Notes: generated from the sequence alone by a model not told the origin. A stretch of DNA of 32,000 nucleotides from Thermodesulfobacteriota bacterium (GCA_026625185.1 CP113000.1:585622-617621), one strand, 5' to 3'. Counted from the stretch's first letter, positions 10,011-16,873 are shown. Program-made: numbers and translations.

Positions 10011-10240
10011 TCAAAAAACTTTCATAAAAAGATTGACATTGATTAAAGGGGGTATTATCGAATAGCCTTCATAAAGGATTGTGCTCAGTTCTAATCTTTA
10101 TGGTTACCCCTAAACATTATCTTGTTCCTTTTTTTACCTCCCTTATCTAATATGCTTGAAATAATTATTAGAAATATCATAAACTTTACATTTAATAAAA
10201 CAAAAACTAACCAATTGTTTTTCGTGATGAGCCGTTATTA

Positions 10241-10316
10241 TCCAGTGACAAATACTTAAGCCAAGGCCGATTCCTCCCGATAGCCGGGAGCGGTATTTGT
10301 CCACCCGGAGAAGATA
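10241..10316 (-). pseudogene. Relic of a histidine-kinase 3-prime end (G2-box region only)
   Basis: Track ORF 10143..10331 translates to ..YLLRVDKYRSRLSGGIGLGLSICHWIITAH.., against FYRVDTSRSRLSGGVGLGLSICQWIVKAH in the intact kinase. My hand DNA alignment of 10241..10308 against 11255..11322 gives 56 of 68 identities. There is no HisKA or N/G1 part, and similarity stops after AH. Confidence 0.7.
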
Positions 10317-10317
10317 G

Positions 10318-11058
10318 TTATCTGCCATCAATTCTGAGTATTTTGGTTTTTTTGTCGATCATCCTCAAAGTGGCGTTCATCAATCCGCTAAGCAAAAACA
10401 GGATTAACCACAATTGATCCAGAACTAATCTACCATTGACAACTGAATCTCCCAGGATTTCTAAAAAAGTAAAAGATGCAATTATCGCCATAAACGTATC
10501 GTATTCCTTTCGAAGAGCAGTTCGAAAAGAAAATGCTAACTTTGGTGGTTTCCAATTTTTTAGCTTAGGTAAAAAGGTTGGCGTTTCGTGGGCCCATTTC
10601 AGATATTTTTCACTAAATGTTTTTTGCAAAAAGTTCTCCTCAGCAAAAATAATACGCTCATAATAAGTCCAGAAGACAAGCACAAACAGCGAGGTGACCC
10701 ACCACAATCGAAAAAAAAGCGATACTCCAAGGCCTATAACAAAATTCCCCAGATATAATGGGTGTTTGACGATAGAATATATTCCGGTAGTATTTAAAAA
10801 ATCTCCTTTCACCCGTTTAGTATTTCTTCCCGATGTTCCCTTGGGCACTGAGCCAACAGTAAAAAAACGAATTGCCAAGCCAAAAAGCGATATACTAACA
10901 CACCCAATTTCCCAGATATAATCCAGCCGATGACTTTGATAAGGATACTGGTAAACTTTAAAAGCCAGAAGAATTGGTGCGATCAGAAATAAAGGGAGAA
11001 AGCTTCTCCAGCGAAAAAGCCAGGTTCCAGAACTCTCCATATTTTCTCGCAGAGTCAT
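10318..11058 (-). CDS. ICMT/PEMT-family integral membrane methyltransferase (246 aa)
   Basis: The core TTGIYSIVKHPLYLGNF followed by YERIIFAEENFLQKTFSEKYLKWAHETPTFLP is the isoprenylcysteine carboxyl / phospholipid methyltransferase C-terminal signature. Multiple TM segments. GGAGG sits 9 nt upstream of ATG 11058; the track start 11061 is TTG. Confidence 0.8.
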   Translation of the reverse strand: MTLRENMESSGTWLFRWRSFLPLFLIAPILLAFKVYQYPYQSHRLDYIWEIGCVSISLFGLAIRFFTVGSVPKGTSGRNTKRVKGDFLNTTGIYSIVKHPLYLGNFVIGLGVSLFFRLWWVTSLFVLVFWTYYERIIFAEENFLQKTFSEKYLKWAHETPTFLPKLKNWKPPKLAFSFRTALRKEYDTFMAIIASFTFLEILGDSVVNGRLVLDQLWLILFLLSGLMNATLRMIDKKTKILRIDGR

Positions 11059-11111
11059 CAATGTATTCCTCCTATTTTTAGAATCTAATTTTAAATTATA
11101 ATTGGAAGAAC

Positions 11112-11149
11112 ATTAACACAGCGTTAATTTAGGATTAATTTTTATTAAG
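11112..11149 (-). promoter_or_regulatory. Candidate response-regulator operator, copy 2: four phased NTTAAK repeats
   Basis: The plus strand reads ATTAAC acagc GTTAAT ttagg ATTAAT tttta TTAAG, with the same 11/11/10 phasing as 8131..8168. It lies 54 nt upstream of ATG 11058 and 14 nt downstream of the kinase stop. Confidence 0.5.
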
Positions 11150-11162
11150 AAGAAAACGATAT

Positions 11163-12587
11163 TCAAGAGAGTGTGGCGGGAAGAATAACGGTAAAGGTGG
11201 TGCCTTGCTGAGGCGTACTTTTTACGTCAATGGTTCCCTGGTGGGCTTTCACAATCCATTGACAGATACTCAATCCAAGACCTACTCCGCCTGATAGACG
11301 GGAGCGGGATGTGTCCACCCGGTAAAATCGGTCGAATATATGGTGTAAATCATTGGTAGGTATTCCTATGCCTGTGTCTTTTATGACAACTGTTGCCTGG
11401 CATTTTCCCGGTTGTACTGTAAGACCAATATTCCCCCCATCAGGGGTATATTTTATGGCATTATCAATGAGGTTGCTGAAAAGCTGTTTCAGCTTTATGC
11501 GGTCGCCATTTATCAGTACCTCCTCCAAAGCCGAAAAGGTAAAACTGATTTTTTTCTGCATTGCCACAACATTGAAGGCCTCATAGAGTTCTTTAAGCAG
11601 TTCGGAAAAATTTAGATTTTCAATCTTGAGGCTTGCCTTGCCTTCGTCTGCCTGGGAGAGAATGAGGAGATCATTAACGAGCTTGGTCAAAAAATCAAGC
11701 CGTTCGAGATTATTGGCCAGGGCCTCTTGATACTCTTCTGAAGACCGTTTTCGGGAAAGAAAAACTTCAGTCTCACCTTTTAGAGCGGCAAGCGGAGTGC
11801 GCAACTCATGAGCGGCATCAGCAGTAAACCGGGTGAGTTTTTGAAAGGATTCTTCCAGACGTTCCATCATCTGATTGATGGTCATGGCCAGTCTGTCCAG
11901 ATCATCGTTACTTCCCTGCAAGGCCAGCCTTTCGCTCAGATTGCTGGCTGTTATTCGTTTGGTTGTTTCCGTAATTTTATCAATCGGGCGCAAAGATTTC
12001 CGGGATAAAAACCACCCTCCGATGGATCCGAAGATAAAGGCCAGAAAAAACGCCGTCAGAAGGTGTTCTCGAAAGTTTTCAATGGTTCTCTCCATGGGCA
12101 GAAGATAGGTTGCTATCTGAACAATATATTTTAATTCTCCGTTTTCCCGATAGAAATGAGTGCAGATGCGGAAAGGACTTTCCCCCTGAAGAACACTCAA
12201 TGTTGTATGAACAGGTTTTCGATACCTATTGTGATCAGGGAAAACTTTGGGAAAAACAAGTCCCGGTAACGTTAAAGAGGAAAAAAAATCCCTTTCATTT
12301 TGATCGAGCAATCGAAAAGCGATGGGGAAATATTTGCGGTTGGAGGCAACTTTCTCATATTCTCTTAATTCATCGTTTAAAGTTTCAGGATTTTCAAGTA
12401 TCACATTAATAATTTCCTTGGTCTCATCCACCAGCATCCGGTCAATCCCTTTAAGAAGATTACGGCGGAAGCGATAGTCTAAAAATCCAAAGATAAGGAT
12501 TATCATGGTCAAAAACGTTACCGTGTACCATAAGGCCATCCTCACATCGAGTCGTTTGTAAAATTTAATTTTTCCCTTTGAAGACAT
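11163..12587 (-). CDS. Sensor histidine kinase (2 TM, periplasmic domain of about 135 aa, HAMP, HisKA, HATPase_c)
   Basis: H-box FTADAAHELRTPLAAL, N-box LFSNLIDNAIKYTP, G1 VIKDTGIGIP, and G2 GGVGLGLSICQWIV. The overall style is that of the CusS/PmrB-type kinases that partner OmpR-family regulators. ATG 12587 has AAGGTG 6 nt upstream and overlaps the regulator gene by 23 nt. The track start 12596 is GTG. Confidence 0.9.
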   Translation of the reverse strand: MSSKGKIKFYKRLDVRMALWYTVTFLTMIILIFGFLDYRFRRNLLKGIDRMLVDETKEIINVILENPETLNDELREYEKVASNRKYFPIAFRLLDQNERDFFSSLTLPGLVFPKVFPDHNRYRKPVHTTLSVLQGESPFRICTHFYRENGELKYIVQIATYLLPMERTIENFREHLLTAFFLAFIFGSIGGWFLSRKSLRPIDKITETTKRITASNLSERLALQGSNDDLDRLAMTINQMMERLEESFQKLTRFTADAAHELRTPLAALKGETEVFLSRKRSSEEYQEALANNLERLDFLTKLVNDLLILSQADEGKASLKIENLNFSELLKELYEAFNVVAMQKKISFTFSALEEVLINGDRIKLKQLFSNLIDNAIKYTPDGGNIGLTVQPGKCQATVVIKDTGIGIPTNDLHHIFDRFYRVDTSRSRLSGGVGLGLSICQWIVKAHQGTIDVKSTPQQGTTFTVILPATLS

Positions 12588-13239
12588 ATCCGACACCTTT
12601 AACCGTATGAATTAGTTTTGGGGAGAAGTCTTTATCAATTTTAGCCCGGAGATGATTGATGTGGACATCAATAATATTGGTCATGGTGTCAAAATTATAA
12701 TTCCAGATGTGCTCGGAAAGCATGGTGCGGGTCAGAACCTGGCCGGGATTTCTCATAAAATATTCGAGTAGAGCGTATTCTTTTGGGGTAAGGTCAATAA
12801 GAGCATCCCCCCGCCTCACCTCTCGGCTGATTTGATTCAACGTTAAATCAGCATACTGCAAAAGGGGAGATACAACCTCTTTACCCCGACGAAGTATAGC
12901 CCTTATGCGCGCCAACAGCTCATGAAAAGAAAACGGCTTAACAATATAATCGTCAGCTCCTAAATTTAATCCATTCACTATGCTTCCTTCGGAGTCTTTG
13001 GCGGTAAGAAATATGACTGGGGTAGTATTTCCCCTTTCTCTTAAATGAAGAAGAATTTTATCCCCGCTCAAAACCGGGAGCATAATGTCCAGGATAATGA
13101 GGTCATAATTTTCTTGGGTTGCCAAATGAAGACCATCTTCGCCATTTTCCGCAATGTCCAAACTAAAAGAGTTTTCTTTTAACCCTTTTTCAATAAAACG
13201 GGCCACATTTTTATCGTCTTCCACCAACAAAATTCTCAT
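12565..13239 (-). CDS. OmpR/PhoB-family response regulator (receiver plus winged-helix domain)
   Basis: MRILLVEDD, ILDIMLP with the phospho-acceptor Asp, and LTAKD. The C-terminus LTPKEYALLEYFMRNPGQVLTRTMLSEHIWNYNFDTMTNIIDVHINHLRAKID..KLIHTVKGVGYVF is a canonical winged helix. Confidence 0.95.
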   Translation of the reverse strand: MRILLVEDDKNVARFIEKGLKENSFSLDIAENGEDGLHLATQENYDLIILDIMLPVLSGDKILLHLRERGNTTPVIFLTAKDSEGSIVNGLNLGADDYIVKPFSFHELLARIRAILRRGKEVVSPLLQYADLTLNQISREVRRGDALIDLTPKEYALLEYFMRNPGQVLTRTMLSEHIWNYNFDTMTNIIDVHINHLRAKIDKDFSPKLIHTVKGVGYVFKGKN

Positions 13240-13357
13240 ACCGACGTTCCTATTCGGTCTGTTAAAGAAAGCATCGCGTCCCTTCCATTAAACATTAAAT
13301 TTTGGCAGGCATGGATAACAGGATGTTACCCGGGTCCGCCGTCCTCCGGCCATTTCC

Positions 13358-14317
13358 CTAACGGAAAGCGCCACGCCGGTAAAGCCGCCAGAAAAGTACC
13401 ACCACTCCCACCACCGGAACCCGCCTCAAACGATGATCCATTTGAATCCTAACACCCGAATGCCGTTCTATCTTCCAAAGAACATAATCCAAGCCACCCT
13501 GGAAGGTATATAAGCTTTTAACAAGCTGAAGCAGTGAGAGTATCTTACCCTGGATACGGCGCAAACCCCACATAAGCCGGCTAAAAACGCGCGTCGGAGC
13601 CGGAATACCCGCCCGATAGCGATATACTTGATTGCCGCTTATAGCCTCCACAGAATAAGAAACTGAATTCATGGCAGCCCGAGTTAGTTCTTCGTAATGA
13701 CGTGGAGCAGAGTCAAACAGATCGGTAAGCTTATCACGTCGTTCTGCTCTCAGTTCAGTCCCATAGCTGAGCAAAAGTCCCGTGCACCACAATTCTCGGC
13801 TGGTAAATTGCTGTCGTGGCATGAGGGGCAGCACCCGAGTGATAAAGGTAAGCAGGGCTTGGGCCATTGTGGTGTATATCTGCTCTGCCACATGGTTGTT
13901 ACGCGCGTAGACAAGACCCATCGGCTGAGCCAGCCGACTCCACAGATAAGAGCGAAACCAGCGTGAGGCCCCTTGCTGAAAGTCCCTGAAACTAAAGACG
14001 GTATATTTACAGCGTCTCACGCCTTCTTCGAAAGGGATCTCAAAATAGAATACATTGGGTGGCAAAAGCCTATTCAAAAAAGCGTAGGAGTGTCTGTGGT
14101 AGGCGTGGCGATACCTGTCTACCACAAGGTATAAATCGACGATTCCGTTGCTGTCGTCACCGGTGCGGAAACAGGATCCATACAAAAGAATGGCCTGGGT
14201 GGCGTCGCGGTGGCGCCCAAGGATCTCTTCGGTGAGCGCTTTTATAGCGGGCGGGGACTTACGCAAGGTTTTTTGGCGGATGATGGTAATAAGTTCTGCT
14301 GGCGGGCTGATAATCAT
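13358..14317 (-). CDS. Tam41/Mmp37-like nucleotidyltransferase (candidate lipid-phosphate cytidylyltransferase), 319 aa
   Basis: LLYGSCFRTG..GIVDLYLVVD gives the polymerase-beta-type GS...D-x-D pattern. It is followed by PPNVFYFEI...CKYTVFS..DF, then YLWSRLAQPMGLVY, then LLLSYGTELRAERRDKL. This mirrors my recollection of the Tam41 family profile (YGS.., vyfn.., KYGV, YLAGRLQKPV, LSYxGDxR). The C-terminal tail is hydrophobic and basic. The call is from memory of the profile, not from a search. Confidence 0.5.
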   Translation of the reverse strand: MIISPPAELITIIRQKTLRKSPPAIKALTEEILGRHRDATQAILLYGSCFRTGDDSNGIVDLYLVVDRYRHAYHRHSYAFLNRLLPPNVFYFEIPFEEGVRRCKYTVFSFRDFQQGASRWFRSYLWSRLAQPMGLVYARNNHVAEQIYTTMAQALLTFITRVLPLMPRQQFTSRELWCTGLLLSYGTELRAERRDKLTDLFDSAPRHYEELTRAAMNSVSYSVEAISGNQVYRYRAGIPAPTRVFSRLMWGLRRIQGKILSLLQLVKSLYTFQGGLDYVLWKIERHSGVRIQMDHRLRRVPVVGVVVLFWRLYRRGAFR

Positions 14318-15342
14318 AATTTTAAAAAGGAGGCCTTTCCACCTTCCGTTATGATGAGTTCGGTTGCCTGATTACCCAGGTCATAAAGCTCCCCGTCGAG
14401 GGTGAAGCCGCCGGTAAGTGTGAGCCGTACTTCCCGAGTTTTTCGACTGAAGTATCCATTCTCCGGTGAGCAGAAACGACCTTTTTGACCGCGCAGCAAG
14501 GCCGGTAACGTCCGCAGCAAATACCGTGGCTGGTTGCCGAGTGCGGTGTAGTAAAATACTCCGGTTTCCCCACTCCAGTAAGGTCGTATCCCAAGGAACA
14601 GGCGTTCAAGGGTGCTGATGAGAATTAAGAGGAACTCACGTTCCTCCGAAGGCTCACCGTTCAAGCTAACAGTGGCCCGGGTCGGGGAAAGCAACTTTTT
14701 GTCCATGCGCGCTGCGGCTAACAGAAATCGGCCTAACGTCACACCTGCGGCCAGTTCGCCGCTCACGCCCTTGCTGTGCACCCGATCAAGGCAGAACCGA
14801 ATTCCCTGGCAGATGCCGGCTGCTCCCAAAAACATCCCGTAGAGAGGTTTCTGATCGGGTGTTCCTTCCACTTTCAATAAAGGCCGTTGTACAACAGCCG
14901 CGCTACCGTAGCCGGTGCTGATCCAGGTCAAAAGCCTGCTCAGCGCTTTTCGCGCAGAACCGGATAACCCAACATCCCTGGCAATCATGCTCGCCGTGCC
15001 TGATCGCAAGAGCGCGAGCAAGGGCAGTGGCCCAGGTGATGGCTGTCCGAAAAACTCCGTGAGAACAGCGTGGATGGTGCCGTCACCTCCGTTTACCGCC
15101 ACAACGTCCACTTTGCTCCGAGCGAATTCAGCCAGAGCTGATCCTACTTCTGAAGGTGTGATCGCCTCACGATGGAATACTTGGGGTCGCCTAGCCAGGA
15201 TTTTACGGATGATAGGTAGGCCTTTCCGGTTGCCACCGCTCAGGGGATTACTGATCAAACCGAGGCTGAGCGTTTTGCCGGGCTTCAAAATGGAGGACTC
15301 AGGCAATTGATCGGTTTGAAAAATTTTGGGATCGTCACTCAT
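14314..15342 (-). CDS. DAGK-catalytic-domain lipid kinase (YegS/LCB5/sphingosine-ceramide kinase-like)
   Basis: ISNPLSGGNRKG plus VAVNGGDGTIHAV form the diacylglycerol-kinase catalytic-domain signature. Start is taken at ATG 15342 (MSDDPKIF), 13 nt after the upstream stop; the track start 15420 would overlap the upstream gene by 65 nt. The stop overlaps the next ATG as ATGA at 14314-14317. Confidence 0.8.
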   Translation of the reverse strand: MSDDPKIFQTDQLPESSILKPGKTLSLGLISNPLSGGNRKGLPIIRKILARRPQVFHREAITPSEVGSALAEFARSKVDVVAVNGGDGTIHAVLTEFFGQPSPGPLPLLALLRSGTASMIARDVGLSGSARKALSRLLTWISTGYGSAAVVQRPLLKVEGTPDQKPLYGMFLGAAGICQGIRFCLDRVHSKGVSGELAAGVTLGRFLLAAARMDKKLLSPTRATVSLNGEPSEEREFLLILISTLERLFLGIRPYWSGETGVFYYTALGNQPRYLLRTLPALLRGQKGRFCSPENGYFSRKTREVRLTLTGGFTLDGELYDLGNQATELIITEGGKASFLKL

Positions 15343-15355
15343 CGGTGTCCGGTTA

Positions 15356-16576
15356 TTACTTTGCCGGTCGTTGGGTGAACAGCTTCGCTGCCAATGATTT
15401 ATCATAGGCAGCCTGGTCAATTTCCAACATCCAGGTGCGCAACGGGCCGGAGGTTATCCGGGTAAAAGCGGCCATGCCCAGTCGAATCATCAGAAAAAGA
15501 CTGGTTACCGCGGTCCAGATGGCTACTGCCAATAAACCCAGATCACTGTGCCCGGTAAGGGCGCCGGTCGTCAGCAGGATGAGGTTGGGGTTGCGTCTCG
15601 CGGTAATGAGCCGGAAATACGAGTCCACCGGACGCCAGATGAATATTACAAAAGTTCCCAAAAAATTCTTGAAAACAAGTTCTACCAGACGCCCCACGAT
15701 ATAGCCTGCGATGATCACCCATAATACCGTATCCAAAGATATATCCGGCGATCCCACCTGGGAAGCGCCCAGACCAAGTCCCCAGGCTACGTACCAAACT
15801 GGCGGGTGCAGGAGGTCAATCAGATGATCAAAAAGATGCCCGAACCGAGTAGACGTTATGGTTACGCGGGCCAATTTTCCGTCAACCGTGTCCAGGAAGG
15901 TCATCACCCACCCGGCCAGCAATCCCCAACCGAACTGGCCGCGGGCAAACAACACTGCAGCCAGGATGACCAGCACGAAGCCTATCAAAGTAACCTGGTT
16001 AGGGCTCATGCCGAGATTCGCGCACACTTTTGTGCACCACTGAGCCGGACGCGGCCATACCCATTTGGTCACCAGGTCGGTCACCCCCTTGTAGGACCCG
16101 GCAAAAAGGCGTTGTTCCAGCTCACCACGGTTTATTTCGGTAATGGGTAGAACAAAAGGCGGATCTGACTTTTTGAGGCGCCTATGATAGGACGAAGAGA
16201 GGGTCTCCGGGATTTCGGTTCTAATGCCGGGCAAGGATGTCTCAGGGGATCGGCTGCTCAGGAGTTCCCGCGCTTGCAATGCGCAGCTCGATCGCACCTG
16301 GGCAGCGACCGGTACTCGTGCCCCGTCCGGACCGGCCTGGAGCACCACGTCGGTCATCTCAATCAGACTGTTGATCACCCGATCGTCATAAAGGTAATCA
16401 CCGCGGATTAATAATACTGAACTTTGCGGTGGAATGGATTCAAGATTTTCTAAAAAATCGACTTCGCCCGCGTGCCTGAGCGCTCGCTCCAAGCGCTGGC
16501 GGGAGGACAATCCCCAAAGTGTGATCGGGCTATCACAAAAAATATAGGCGTAGGTCGGCATCAATGAACCTTTCAT
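15356..16576 (-). CDS. CDP-alcohol phosphatidyltransferase family protein with an extra cytoplasmic N-terminal domain of about 150 aa
   Basis: The full CDP-alcohol motif is present: DTVDGKLAR-VTITSTRF-GHLFDHLID, that is D-x2-DG-x2-AR-x8-G-x3-D-x3-D. About 6 TM segments follow. The N-terminal domain is soluble. ATG 16561 (AAAGG 7 nt upstream) is an alternative to ATG 16576. Confidence 0.9.
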   Translation of the reverse strand: MKGSLMPTYAYIFCDSPITLWGLSSRQRLERALRHAGEVDFLENLESIPPQSSVLLIRGDYLYDDRVINSLIEMTDVVLQAGPDGARVPVAAQVRSSCALQARELLSSRSPETSLPGIRTEIPETLSSSYHRRLKKSDPPFVLPITEINRGELEQRLFAGSYKGVTDLVTKWVWPRPAQWCTKVCANLGMSPNQVTLIGFVLVILAAVLFARGQFGWGLLAGWVMTFLDTVDGKLARVTITSTRFGHLFDHLIDLLHPPVWYVAWGLGLGASQVGSPDISLDTVLWVIIAGYIVGRLVELVFKNFLGTFVIFIWRPVDSYFRLITARRNPNLILLTTGALTGHSDLGLLAVAIWTAVTSLFLMIRLGMAAFTRITSGPLRTWMLEIDQAAYDKSLAAKLFTQRPAK

Positions 16577-16873
16577 AAAAAATTGCTGTTAAAACCCTCC
16601 TTGGCCACGGGCCGGCGCAAAAAAAGTCTGGAATTAATCAAAGATAATATTATATAATAAAAATATAAAACTTGTAAAGTCCTATCGGTTAAAAACCCGT
16701 GGAGGTTAAAATCAAAGGTATTCTGGAATGTTATAAGGCTTTCCGATCCAAAAAAATCTCTTTTTTAGATATACTCTGAATGATGGTACCGGAAAATATT
16801 TTATGCACCAATTATAGTGAGCAACATAAATAAAGAGGCATTCTTCTTTTGCCATGCCGTAGCCCTCGCTATT

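Noticed and set aside
11163-13239. Naming the two-component system pmrAB/basRS
   Set aside because: The context and the operator form suggest a PmrAB-like role. However, the winged-helix and kinase sequences look at least as similar to the CusRS/CopRS-type subfamily from memory, so orthology cannot be decided without a phylogeny. Symbols are left empty.
13300-13316. Sigma-54-like TTGGCAGGCATGG upstream of the response regulator gene
   Set aside because: It lacks the TTGC/-12 element at the right spacing, and it is on the plus strand while both flanking genes are on the minus strand.
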